DNA of 64,000 nucleotides from Usitatibacteraceae bacterium (GCA_044346745.1 JBIIYQ010000001.1:26156-90155); one strand, 5' to 3'; positions 9,128-17,517 are shown, counted from the first letter of the stretch. Numbers and translations: made by a program. Notes: generated by a model from the sequence alone, not told the origin.

Positions 9128-9760
9128 CTATACCCAGTATGTAGTGGTGGTCATCAGGCGCGATGTCGCGCGCATGGCAGCTTTGATCGGCAACGGTAAC
9201 GGCACCGCACCGGCGGCCTCCCCGCTGTTTCCATGTTCAATTTCATCAAGCCGCATACGCTCGACAATTGCCCTCGTGCGGTGGTCGGTTGCCGGCAGCG
9301 CCGAGAGGTGCCGGTCCAAATGCGCCTCAACCTGACGCTCGGTCTCCACCAAGAAACCCATGCTCCACTTATCACCGGCGAGCCCTGACGCCACGCCCAT
9401 TGTCCAAGCACCAACATAAAAAAGTGGACTCAAGACGCTGGTTTTTCCACCAAGTTCGGACACTCGGCTTGCGCACCATGCGAGATGGTCGCGCTCTTCC
9501 CGCGCCGCATGTTCAAGTATCCCGCGTGTTTTTGAATCGCGGGCGACGGCCAACTGGCCTTGATAGAGCGCTTGGGCGCAAACTTCGCCCACGTGATTGA
9601 TACGCATGAGACGCATGCTCTCCGTGACCTCCGCGGCCGCCATCGGTACGGCCCCTGGCGCTACCAAACCGACGGGCAAAGGTCGCGACGCAACGGGTTT
9701 GGCAAAAACGCTGCGCAAGCCAGCATCCAACTCACAGATCAGACTGTCGATTAGGTTCAT
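9128..9760 (-). CDS. coq7: demethoxyubiquinone hydroxylase Coq7 (di-iron carboxylate)
   Basis: 210 aa: INHVGEVCAQALYQGQ, EERDHLAW, ETERQVEAHL, RLDEIEHG (ExxH di-iron motifs). Confidence 0.9.
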   Translation of the reverse strand: MNLIDSLICELDAGLRSVFAKPVASRPLPVGLVAPGAVPMAAAEVTESMRLMRINHVGEVCAQALYQGQLAVARDSKTRGILEHAAREERDHLAWCASRVSELGGKTSVLSPLFYVGAWTMGVASGLAGDKWSMGFLVETERQVEAHLDRHLSALPATDHRTRAIVERMRLDEIEHGNSGEAAGAVPLPLPIKAAMRATSRLMTTTTYWV

Positions 9761-9772
9761 AAAAACATTCTA

Positions 9773-9803
9773 CAAAACAAAACGGGCACCCGAAGGTGCC
9801 CGC
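9773..9803 (-). terminator. Rho-independent terminator of the porin gene
   Basis: Minus-strand RNA is GCGGGCACC-UUCG-GGUGCCCGU followed by UUUUGUUUUG. Confidence 0.8.
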
Positions 9804-9841
9804 TGAACAACATTTCGCGATAATCCGCGATTTGGTGTGAT

Positions 9842-10933
9842 TTAGAACGTGTGACGCATACCAATCGAGAAGCCGCGTGGATCTTGATCGGCAGCGATTG
9901 CTAGGTTGTTGGCACCGAAGTTGCCCAAGCCCGCAACGTTGTTCTTGGTCTGCGTGTAAATAGCGATCAACGAGGTGCGACGTGAGAAGTTGTAGAAATA
10001 ACCCACTGAGTTCACCTTGGTATCCGGCTCGGTCACCGCGGTCGTCGGCGTTGCACGGGTTGCACCGTCCTTCGAGCGTTGGGTCTGGAACACAAACTGA
10101 TTTTTGCCAGCCGTGTAGATCAGGTTAAACATTTGTGCTTTTTGGTCAGACGTACGGGTCGTACCGCCGCCGTTCTTCTTGAACTTCTGCAACAATCCAC
10201 CAACGCGCACTGGGCCGAATGTTACGTGACCGCCCAACGAAACACCTGTTTCGTCAGCGCCGGCTACGTTAGCAACTGCGCCCGTGTAGTTCTTGAAGAT
10301 GTCCTTATGCTTTTCCCATGCGGTCGACACATAGATCGGGCCCTGGGCGTACACAGCATTGAAAGACGTCACAACTGGATTAACGGTCGCGGTCTTGCCT
10401 TCGTTAGCCGTGTAGCTGGCGCGGAAAGTCAAACCGGAGAAATTTGGCGACCAGTACTGAACAACGTTTTGTTCACGACGGTCGAAGTTGCCACGATCAC
10501 TCATTGCCGAGGTGAAACCGGCAATTGTGGTCGTGCCGAACGGATCAATTGAGGCGTTGGCAAGTTTGAATGGGGTATCCCAACGACCGAGCAATACACT
10601 ACCAAAACCGCCCTGCAACCCGACACCACTGTTGCGGGTGCCGAAGTTTGACAAATCGTTTTGGTCAGGACGGAACTCAGTTTCCGCTTGGAAGAAGGCT
10701 TTCAAACCGCCGCCCAAGTCTTCCGTACCACGGAAACCAATCAACGAAGCACCGTTGTTGTTCACGCGGTTACGGCTGCTAACCGGCGCTGCTGTACCAC
10801 CGTCGGCCTTGACGTTTTCAAACGCCACCCAGATGCGGCCGTAAAGTGTGACCGGATTGGCGGTCTGCGCCATTGCAGCCGGAGCCAATGTGGCGCCAGC
10901 AACTGCAAGAGCGATTAATTTTTTGTTCATCAA
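9842..10933 (-). CDS. trimeric outer-membrane porin (Burkholderiales OmpC-like)
   Basis: 363 aa. Signal peptide MMNKKLIALAVAGATLAPAAMAQ, then NPVTLYGRIWVAFENV, alternating beta-strand pattern and C-terminal ...GFSIGMRHTF. Confidence 0.9.
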   Translation of the reverse strand: MMNKKLIALAVAGATLAPAAMAQTANPVTLYGRIWVAFENVKADGGTAAPVSSRNRVNNNGASLIGFRGTEDLGGGLKAFFQAETEFRPDQNDLSNFGTRNSGVGLQGGFGSVLLGRWDTPFKLANASIDPFGTTTIAGFTSAMSDRGNFDRREQNVVQYWSPNFSGLTFRASYTANEGKTATVNPVVTSFNAVYAQGPIYVSTAWEKHKDIFKNYTGAVANVAGADETGVSLGGHVTFGPVRVGGLLQKFKKNGGGTTRTSDQKAQMFNLIYTAGKNQFVFQTQRSKDGATRATPTTAVTEPDTKVNSVGYFYNFSRRTSLIAIYTQTKNNVAGLGNFGANNLAIAADQDPRGFSIGMRHTF

Positions 10934-11156
10934 AAATCTCCTTTGGGTTTAACGATGAGGCTGTTAGATTTCTACTTAACGCTTGTAATGCAAACCTCTA
11001 GGCTGGAGCCGTCACCGACCGCAACGTTGCGTTTCCAACATTGTGTCTTCGGTCGACGCGACTTCTCCGCATGAATTCTTTCGAGAAGCTCCCCGTAGTT
11101 TGCCAAAAGCGGCAGGTTCTCTCAAGCTCACCCTATGAAAAACCCACTGCCACCCA

Positions 11157-11184
11157 TCGCATGTTGCGCCAATACAACATGCGA
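11157..11184 (-). terminator. 10-bp perfect hairpin downstream of trpC (possible operon terminator)
   Basis: TCGCATGTTG-N8-CAACATGCGA read directly, 67 nt after the trpC stop. The U-run (GGGUUUUUC) is not adjacent, so this is not a canonical terminator. Confidence 0.3.
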
Positions 11185-11250
11185 TCCAAGCCCGTAGGTT
11201 GGGTCATCATCTTGTCATGTCAGCCCAAAATGTGTGTGCAATGGGGCCAG

Positions 11251-12048
11251 TTAGTTGGGGAAAAGGGACTCAAAGGCGGCGCCGGGGTCCTCCTCGCGCA
11301 TCAAAGCACCACCGACCAAAAACGTATTGATGTTATTTTTTCTCATGGAATCAACAGCTTGACGGGTCTCAACACCGCTTTCCGTGATCAGAATGCGCGT
11401 TTTGGGAACGAGCGGCGCAAGATTGGTGGTCGTTTCGAGATCAGTCTTGAAACGGGTTAAGTCCCGATTATTGATGCCGATCAGGGGTGTTCTGAGCAAA
11501 AGAGCTTGCTGTAGTTGCGCCGCGGTGTGTGACTCGGCCAACACGTCCAGTCCGAGATCGGTCGCGATATCTTCGAGCCGCAGAAATTCGCTGATTGGCA
11601 GTGCGTCCATGATGAACAACACCGCGTCAGCGCCCATCGTACGGGCTTCGTAAACCTGATAGGCGTCGACGATAAAGTCTTTACGCAACACGGGAATCGT
11701 ACAGGCCACACGAGCGGCGACGAGGTCAGCCGCACTCCCGCCAAAATAATCTTGATCGGTCAGCACCGACAAACATGCCGCGCCATGCGCTTCGTAACTC
11801 GCGGCAAACCGCGCGGGATCAAAATCACCGTCGCGCCGAAACTGCCCTGCCGATGGGCTCTTTTTCTTAATCTCCGCAATCACCGCCGCTTTGCCGACTG
11901 CATGTTTTGCCCGGAGTGCACCAACAAAATCGCGTGTTGGCGGCAGATCAACGATACGCGCTTGAAGAGCCGCGATCGAATCCTGGCGCGCTGCCGCATC
12001 CACCTCGCGGCGTTTTGTCCGAAGAATTTCTTCGAGGATGTTGCTCAT
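11251..12048 (-). CDS. trpC: indole-3-glycerol phosphate synthase
   Basis: 265 aa: ILEEILRTKRREV, VIAEIKKKSPSAG, LSVLTDQDYFGGS, LRKDFIVDAYQVYEAR. Confidence 0.95.
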   Translation of the reverse strand: MSNILEEILRTKRREVDAAARQDSIAALQARIVDLPPTRDFVGALRAKHAVGKAAVIAEIKKKSPSAGQFRRDGDFDPARFAASYEAHGAACLSVLTDQDYFGGSAADLVAARVACTIPVLRKDFIVDAYQVYEARTMGADAVLFIMDALPISEFLRLEDIATDLGLDVLAESHTAAQLQQALLLRTPLIGINNRDLTRFKTDLETTTNLAPLVPKTRILITESGVETRQAVDSMRKNNINTFLVGGALMREEDPGAAFESLFPN

Positions 12049-12053
12049 CTTGT

Positions 12054-13088
12054 TTACAACTCTGGTGCCAGCGCCGTGGTGAAACCCACCAGCTCATCAA
12101 GCTTCTTTCTCGCCAAGCCCGTTTCAATCATTTCACGTGCACGTGAAACGCCACCCCACAGATCATTCGTGATACCCGCGACGTAGATTGCCGCACCGGC
12201 ATTCAGCATTACGATATCCTTGGCCGGTCCCGCCTTGTTGTTGAGAACGTCGAGCAACATTGACTTAGAGGCGTCTGCATCAACAGCCCGAATCGGCTCT
12301 AGTGGTCCTATGTCCAAACCGAACTGTTTTGGCTCGATCGTAAATTCGGTCACAAAACCATGTTTGAGCTCTGCTACCTGCGTTTTACCCGACAGGGTGA
12401 TTTCGTCCAATCCGTCTTCGCCGTGCACCACCATGACATGTTTGGAGCCCAGTTGCTTCAACACACGGGCTTGAATGCCAACCAGGTCAGTGTGAAAAAC
12501 GCCCATCACTTGGTTGGGCGCGCCCGCGGGATTGGTCAGCGGCCCCAAGATATTGAGGATGGTACGCATCCCCAGTTCTTTACGCACTGGTGCCGCGTAT
12601 TTCATCGCCGGGTGATGGCTGGGCGCAAACATAAAGCCGATACCGACCTTTTCAATCGCCTCGGCAACCTGTGCGGGTGTCAAAGTCAGATTCACTCCAA
12701 GCGCCTCCAGCACATCGGCACTTCCTGACTTAGACGATACCGATCGACCGCCGTGTTTCGCAACTTTAGCGCCCGCAGCCGCGGCTACAAATGCCGCGGT
12801 GGTGGAGATATTGAAGGTATGCGCTTTGTCGCCCCCAGTTCCACAAGTGTCAACCAGATGGGTGGTATCACTCACTGCAACCTTTGTCGCAAATTCGCGC
12901 ATTACCTGTGCTGCGGCGGCGATCTCCGACACTGACTCCGACTTCACATGCAGCCCCATCAATATGGCCGACAACTGAACAGGGGTGACCTTGCCTTCCA
13001 TCACTTGGCGAAACAGATCAACCATCTCATCAAAAAAAATCTCACGTTTATCGGAGAGTCGGTTAATGGCTTCTTGCGGTGTAAACAT
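12054..13088 (-). CDS. trpD: anthranilate phosphoribosyltransferase
   Basis: 344 aa: [49 protein letters not shown]. Confidence 0.95.
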   Translation of the reverse strand: MFTPQEAINRLSDKREIFFDEMVDLFRQVMEGKVTPVQLSAILMGLHVKSESVSEIAAAAQVMREFATKVAVSDTTHLVDTCGTGGDKAHTFNISTTAAFVAAAAGAKVAKHGGRSVSSKSGSADVLEALGVNLTLTPAQVAEAIEKVGIGFMFAPSHHPAMKYAAPVRKELGMRTILNILGPLTNPAGAPNQVMGVFHTDLVGIQARVLKQLGSKHVMVVHGEDGLDEITLSGKTQVAELKHGFVTEFTIEPKQFGLDIGPLEPIRAVDADASKSMLLDVLNNKAGPAKDIVMLNAGAAIYVAGITNDLWGGVSRAREMIETGLARKKLDELVGFTTALAPEL

Positions 13089-13110
13089 GGATTACCTTCG
13101 ACTTGTTGGC

Positions 13111-13677
13111 CTAATAGGCGTTCAAAAAGTTGCGGAGCAGACTGTGCCCGTGTTCGGTCATGATCGATTCAGGGTGGAATTGCACGCCCTCAATCGGCAA
13201 AGACTTGTGGCGCACTCCCATGATTTCGCCGTCATCCGTCCAAGCGGTGATTTCGAGGCAATCTGGACATGATTCGCGCTCAATCACCAGCGAGTGATAA
13301 CGCGTCGCTCTGAACGGCGACGGCAACTCGGCAAACACCCCCTGACCGGTATGGCTGACTTGCGAGGTCTTGCCGTGCATCAACGTCTTGGCGTGAATGA
13401 TTTGTCCACCAAAGGCTTGCCCGATGGCCTGATGGCCCAAACAAACACCGAGCAGCGGAATTTTTCCCGCGAATTTCTCGATTGCAGCAACCGATATGCC
13501 GGCTTCACTCGGCGAACACGGTCCTGGTGAAATCACGATCTTGGTCGGCGCCAGCTTCTCGATTTCGCCGAGTGTGACTTCATCGTTGCGTCTCACAACG
13601 ACTTCCTCACCCAACTCGCCAAAATACTGCACGAGGTTGAAGGTGAATGAATCATAGTTATCGATCATTAGCAGCAT
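13111..13677 (-). CDS. trpG: anthranilate synthase component II (glutamine amidotransferase)
   Basis: 188 aa: [40 protein letters not shown]. The first 23 nt of the gene are the attL copy of the island direct repeat. Confidence 0.95.
   Translation of the reverse strand: MLLMIDNYDSFTFNLVQYFGELGEEVVVRRNDEVTLGEIEKLAPTKIVISPGPCSPSEAGISVAAIEKFAGKIPLLGVCLGHQAIGQAFGGQIIHAKTLMHGKTSQVSHTGQGVFAELPSPFRATRYHSLVIERESCPDCLEITAWTDDGEIMGVRHKSLPIEGVQFHPESIMTEHGHSLLRNFLNAY
13655..13677. repeat. attL: 23-nt direct repeat, identical to the trpG start codons
   Basis: TAGTTATCGATCATTAGCAGCAT matches 23464-23486 at 22 of 23 positions. The mismatch is the synonymous CTA/CTC codon. Confidence 0.85.
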
Positions 13678-13696
13678 TTCAAACCTTAACCATTTG

Positions 13697-13725
13697 ATTT
13701 AATTTGATTATTTTTCATTATTCAA
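13697..13725 (-). promoter_or_regulatory. candidate outward-facing sigma70 promoter at the island end, now the nearest promoter for trpGDC
   Basis: The minus strand reads TTGAAT-N17-TTAAAT, ending 19 nt before the trpG ATG (13677). A weak SD (AAGG) sits 6 nt before the ATG. Sequence match only. Confidence 0.3.
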
Positions 13726-13726
13726 T

Positions 13727-13768
13727 GCGGGTTAGTGCTTTGATACCCGCTGAAATACCCGCTTTTTT
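13727..13768 (+). repeat. left copy of a sub-terminal repeat (candidate integrase arm-type sites)
   Basis: GCGGGT-N6-TTGATACCCGC-TGAA-ATACCCGC-TTTTTT. The partner at 23312-23356 reads GCGGGT-N9-TTGATACCCGC-AAAG-ATACCCGC-ATTTTTT in the same orientation. Confidence 0.6.
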
Positions 13769-13990
13769 CGTTGCTAGGCCGGTTCGATCCGGTCAAAACT
13801 AGCAGGCCGGAAGCCCGGCGAAAGAAAAATAAATATTAGGCGATTGGCTTGCGCCAGCGCCAAGAGCGGGAGAGGTTTGAAAGGTTGCTGAGACTCATGC
13901 GCAAATTATTGCACCGTTGACAGCCATCGCCAAGTGCAGCGCATTGTGCGGCAATAGAAATATTCGCGTCGTGCCTGAGAGGTGAAAGCA

Positions 13991-14656
13991 TTAGGTCGGC
14001 GGGGCGGTAGATTCACAGTCCGACAGCTCTAGCATCAAGTCTGCGTGTTCCTCTAGCGTCTCTCTCACGCCGTGCCCTAGGGTAACCAAAAACAGCTGCG
14101 CTCCTTCGCGCCTCGCAAACTTCATAACCGGGACAAAATCGCTATCTCCAGTCACCAGAACGATTACGCTTGCGATTTTCTTTAATACCAATGATGCGAC
14201 GTCAAGACCGATCCGCATATCCACCCCTTTCTGGCCAATAACTGGTTGGATATCGTCTTTAGTAATCTCAATCTTCGCCACTTTTTCGCGTAACTTGTGG
14301 CCCTTAACCTGCCATCCTCGAAACACTGTTTCACCTAACCGCGTGGCAAAGAAAGGATATTTGGTAACGGCCTGAATAAGCTTGTTGTTTCTTATCGCAA
14401 CGTCGGTTACGCCAAAATTGATACGCTCCGCACAAAGCGGCATCTCCTTTGTATCAGTGAAAGGTAAGGCGTCGTAGAAGTAAATCCGGTGGAGAGATTT
14501 TGACCTGAGCGCCGGGTGCGCTTGGAGCTTTTCGGCAAACTCACGAATTTGCTCTGCCGTTGCGGGGTCCTTTGCGGTCCCTAGCTTCCGCTTAAGAAAC
14601 CCACCATCGATGAGGATTGCGTAAGCGGCCATAAAGTGAGAATGGCCACCAAACAC
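13991..14656 (-). CDS. NYN-domain (LabA/PIN-like) predicted ribonuclease, island cargo
   Basis: 221-aa ORF from GTG (SD AAGAG 6 nt upstream); an alternative ATG lies at 14632. NYN-type acidic motifs are present: AILIDGGF, QKGVDMRIGLD and VLVTGDSDFVPVMKFARREG. Confidence 0.8.
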   Translation of the reverse strand: MFGGHSHFMAAYAILIDGGFLKRKLGTAKDPATAEQIREFAEKLQAHPALRSKSLHRIYFYDALPFTDTKEMPLCAERINFGVTDVAIRNNKLIQAVTKYPFFATRLGETVFRGWQVKGHKLREKVAKIEITKDDIQPVIGQKGVDMRIGLDVASLVLKKIASVIVLVTGDSDFVPVMKFARREGAQLFLVTLGHGVRETLEEHADLMLELSDCESTAPPT

Positions 14657-15170
14657 GCGGGGCTCTTAACCCACTTGGATCGTGCGCGAATGGCGGCCGT
14701 TTTTTATTAGGCGCGAAGTGTAACTCAATCTGAATAGCAATGCTATTGAAGTTTTAACCGCGTAAATTTTTTGCAGGTGTTATGCGGCGATCCCTTGAAA
14801 AAATTTCTAACAGGTTCTTGGCATGCTACCAATGTTACGTTGGGTCGCTCAGCCCCAATTCAAATTGAAGAGCCGTAAACCCGGTCTATTTGGCCTGCAT
14901 GCAACTTAGGTTAGGTCACTGAAATTAATAAGGAATTTCCATAAAAACTGCAAATTACAAAATTCCCGTTTTCCTCATAGCTTTACCTTTCTCCGGATTT
15001 CGAAAAAAGCACGAAAAGGGGGATGCATAACGGCCGCTTGCTTGCTATCGTACAAAGCGCTAAAGCTAGGGTAGCGCAGTATGCGACCACTTGCATCGAC
15101 CATTACCCAGTCCAGAGAACGCCTTCGCCAATGGCGTACTTGGCACGAATTCGGGCAGAGAGGCACTAAG

Positions 15171-16025
15171 ATGAGAAAGCAGCTTAAGAAGGCCAGCGAT
15201 ACAGTTTTTCAGCAGCCAAGTGAGGGCAGCGGAAGGCCGCTAGAGTGGCGAAAGAGCCTTCAATTTGTCAATTTCGAAATGTTTAGCGCGACCGCGTCCA
15301 AAATCTACGACGTGAACGATGTTGACGGCTTTGGACAGATTCCCTTTGGCAAGGAAGCTGAAGCCAAAGCAGAACAAGGGCGAATTTTCCCGTTCGTTTC
15401 GCCGAAACCCGCGCGGAAACTAGTCGTCACCGGTCGCGCTAAGTCAAGGGATACCGTCTATACAACGAGCGGAGGCGCGTTTTCCAGCGAACCGCCGGAC
15501 GGCCTGTACTCGCTGGAGCGACCCAAGGATGGCGTTGAGATCCGATTGCAAAGTAATGGCGATTCGCCAGAATCGCACAAGTCCTTTCCAAAAGGCGTTT
15601 TCTTTGGCAATGCGCTGAGGAGTGACGCGGACGAGGGGCGAGATGAACTATGCATAAACTGCCAAATTCCTGAGTCGCAGCTTGCCGAGATTGTCGAAGC
15701 GCTTGCAGTGTCTCCCGACATTGCACTGGAAGTTGGGCTCTCCATCGAAGCTTTTTCATTTGAGGTCGATGATTCACTGCGCGAGTGGTATCAGCCGAGA
15801 GAATTATTCATCCACAGAGTAGCATTCGCGATTGTGCGTTCAGTAGTTGTTAAGCGCGCGCCTGATAATTCAGCAGCGGAAGGGAACATTGACACTAGCG
15901 AGGTTATGCTCGCTGCGCCCGCTCAGCCGGTCACGCCGCCTTTAAGGGAAATCAACAACCCTAAAAGCAGTAATGCGGTGCTATGGGCAATAGCCGTGAT
16001 TTTGCTTCTTCACTTATTTAAGTAG
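15171..16025 (+). CDS. hypothetical tail-anchored protein (284 aa), island cargo
   Basis: The ORF track gives 15081..16025. The ATG at 15171 has GAGAGG 7 nt upstream. It has a single C-terminal TM segment (AVLWAIAVILLLHLFK) and no motif I recognise. Confidence 0.65.
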   Translation: MRKQLKKASDTVFQQPSEGSGRPLEWRKSLQFVNFEMFSATASKIYDVNDVDGFGQIPFGKEAEAKAEQGRIFPFVSPKPARKLVVTGRAKSRDTVYTTSGGAFSSEPPDGLYSLERPKDGVEIRLQSNGDSPESHKSFPKGVFFGNALRSDADEGRDELCINCQIPESQLAEIVEALAVSPDIALEVGLSIEAFSFEVDDSLREWYQPRELFIHRVAFAIVRSVVVKRAPDNSAAEGNIDTSEVMLAAPAQPVTPPLREINNPKSSNAVLWAIAVILLLHLFK

Positions 16026-16108
16026 TTGCGCGGTTCGCAAGCGCAAGCGCCTTGCTAGCCGTTCTCAAAAGAGGCCTTGCTTCTATCGGGTTCAGGATGA
16101 GAGCTCGG

Positions 16109-16537
16109 CTAAAACCAAAACGGACTCCTAATCCAAAGCACCCATTCCAGACCCGGTATGCCGCTGGCTATGACAAATACGTAGCAAAGCAGGGCAATCC
16201 ATAGCACGGCGTTTTCAGCGACCACCCTCGGCCCGTGATATTTCTTCTCAAGGTACGCGATCAAAACTTCCAGACGCTTTCGCCTTGGGTGCTCGTTTGG
16301 CAGTGCGTTTCGCCGCTTCCGCAGTGTACGTAATGTCACCGGAAGATTGGTAAATGCAAACACATACATTGGTAGCACCATGACGAGAGATACGATAGCT
16401 ACCTTACTTGGATTGGCGAATTGCAAACAAGCGAGTGCTGTGGAAAAAGTAAAAATTCCAAATATCCAATTCAACCAATTCGAGTGACTCCTCACTTCTT
16501 CTGCATATTCTGCTTCCGTGGGGCTTATGTAATCCAT
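16109..16537 (-). CDS. hypothetical integral membrane protein (142 aa, about 3 TM), island cargo
   Basis: ATG at 16537 with GGGAGG 7 nt upstream. Hydrophobic segments WLNWIFGIFTFSTALACLQF, VAIVSLVMVLPMYVFAFT and AVLWIALLCYVFVIASGIPGL are separated by a basic loop, RTLRKRRNALPNEHPRRKR. Confidence 0.7.
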   Translation of the reverse strand: MDYISPTEAEYAEEVRSHSNWLNWIFGIFTFSTALACLQFANPSKVAIVSLVMVLPMYVFAFTNLPVTLRTLRKRRNALPNEHPRRKRLEVLIAYLEKKYHGPRVVAENAVLWIALLCYVFVIASGIPGLEWVLWIRSPFWF

Positions 16538-16575
16538 AACAATTCCTCCCAATCTACGGGCGTGGATGTGCGTGT

Positions 16576-16761
16576 TTAACGCAGGCTCTTTAGCAACTTA
16601 GCGACAGATTTTAACAATCCTCTAACGCTCCCCTTATAAGCGTTCTGCGATACCTTTGCTTTTCCCTCTGGCGTTCGTGCGCCGGTGGATCGCTCCCACG
16701 GTTTCCACTTGTGAATTAGTTGCGCCTGCCGTTGCCGCTCCTCTGCTGTCCACTGTCTCAT
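16576..16761 (-). CDS. small basic hypothetical protein (61 aa), island cargo
   Basis: MRQWTAEERQRQAQLIHKWKPWERSTGARTPEGKAKVSQNAYKGSVRGLL... with SD AAGGA 8 nt upstream. It lies 38 nt upstream of the membrane protein gene. I have a vague recollection of similar small KPWxxSTG..T.EGKA proteins in proteobacterial mobile DNA, which I could not verify. Confidence 0.5.
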   Translation of the reverse strand: MRQWTAEERQRQAQLIHKWKPWERSTGARTPEGKAKVSQNAYKGSVRGLLKSVAKLLKSLR

Positions 16762-16943
16762 GCGTCAATTCCTTTAATAGTTCGTTTGGCTTGTTTTCTT
16801 TTTTCTCCGCGTGCGTACTGCTCACAAAACGCTATGTGGCCTTCCGGGTTCAATCGAACCACCTCGGCAAAATCACCTCCACAAATTTGCACTTGAGCCA
16901 ACTTGGTGAGCAGGGGGAAACTACTTCTATCGTAACCAACCAA
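16758..16943 (-). CDS. possible small ORF (61 aa, TTG start) overlapping the next gene by ATGA
   Basis: The 4-nt overlap with 16576..16761 suggests coupling. However, the only possible start is TTG with a weak SD. It might instead be the 3' part of a frameshifted gene together with 16850..17059. Confidence 0.3.
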   Translation of the reverse strand: MVGYDRSSFPLLTKLAQVQICGGDFAEVVRLNPEGHIAFCEQYARGEKRKQAKRTIKGIDA

Positions 16944-17082
16944 TAGAAGGTCTCACCATGAACATCGAAATCGCCGCTTGTCTGCCACTCTTTCTCGTCT
17001 TTTTTGTCGCTAAGGGCGGTAACATTCTGACTATCAAATGTCCCGTAACAATTATCCAAAGAACCGTCAAACAGGAGAGGGT

Positions 17083-17466
17083 ATGCAAAAAATAACCGCC
17101 GGGCTCATAGCGTTCACATTACTAAGTAGTACCGCCCCTGTTTTTGCCAAGGTAATCACTCTAGATTGTGAATTCGTCATAGAGGCCAACAACAAATTTC
17201 GCGCTGATTTAACTATGGACACAGCAAACCAGACCGCAAGCGCAACAAGAAAGGACAGAAAAGGGGAACCGTTCACGTTGGCCGGCAAACTTTTTACAGA
17301 CGGATCGCAATACTGGTTCACTGGGAAAAGCGACGCCACTACCAACAAGTATCAAATCGACAGGAATAACCTAAAGGCGATTTTTTCGCAGGATCTTGGC
17401 GGATTCATTCCGAAACCAATACAAGGCCAGTGCGAAGTAGTCGAAAAAGCGCAGCCGAAGATTTGA
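17083..17466 (+). CDS. hypothetical secreted protein (127 aa), island cargo
   Basis: The ORF track gives 17038..17466. The ATG at 17083 has AGGAGAGG upstream. Signal peptide MQKITAGLIAFTLLSSTAPVFA-KV. No recognisable domain. Confidence 0.7.
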   Translation: MQKITAGLIAFTLLSSTAPVFAKVITLDCEFVIEANNKFRADLTMDTANQTASATRKDRKGEPFTLAGKLFTDGSQYWFTGKSDATTNKYQIDRNNLKAIFSQDLGGFIPKPIQGQCEVVEKAQPKI

Positions 17467-17517
17467 GTCTATTGATGGGCTGCCTCTAAGATTCAACGGC
17501 AGAGTCTCAACATTTCG

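Noticed and set aside
13777-13794. tRNA T-arm-like sequence GGCCGGTTCGATCCGGTC near attL, a possible tRNA-gene remnant as expected for P4-type integrases
   Set aside because: It folds only as a 6-bp hairpin with a 6-nt loop. No 5-bp T-stem with a 7-nt loop, acceptor, anticodon or D arm can be built from the flanking sequence. The real att core is the trpG start.
16850-17059. 69-aa minus-strand ORF that could be the 5' part of a frameshifted gene continuing as 16758..16943
   Set aside because: Its start would lie only 23 nt from the divergent secreted-protein gene. It has no RBS or recognisable sequence, and the frame-B stop (TGA) sits right at the putative junction. I cannot tell a pseudogene from chance without homologues.
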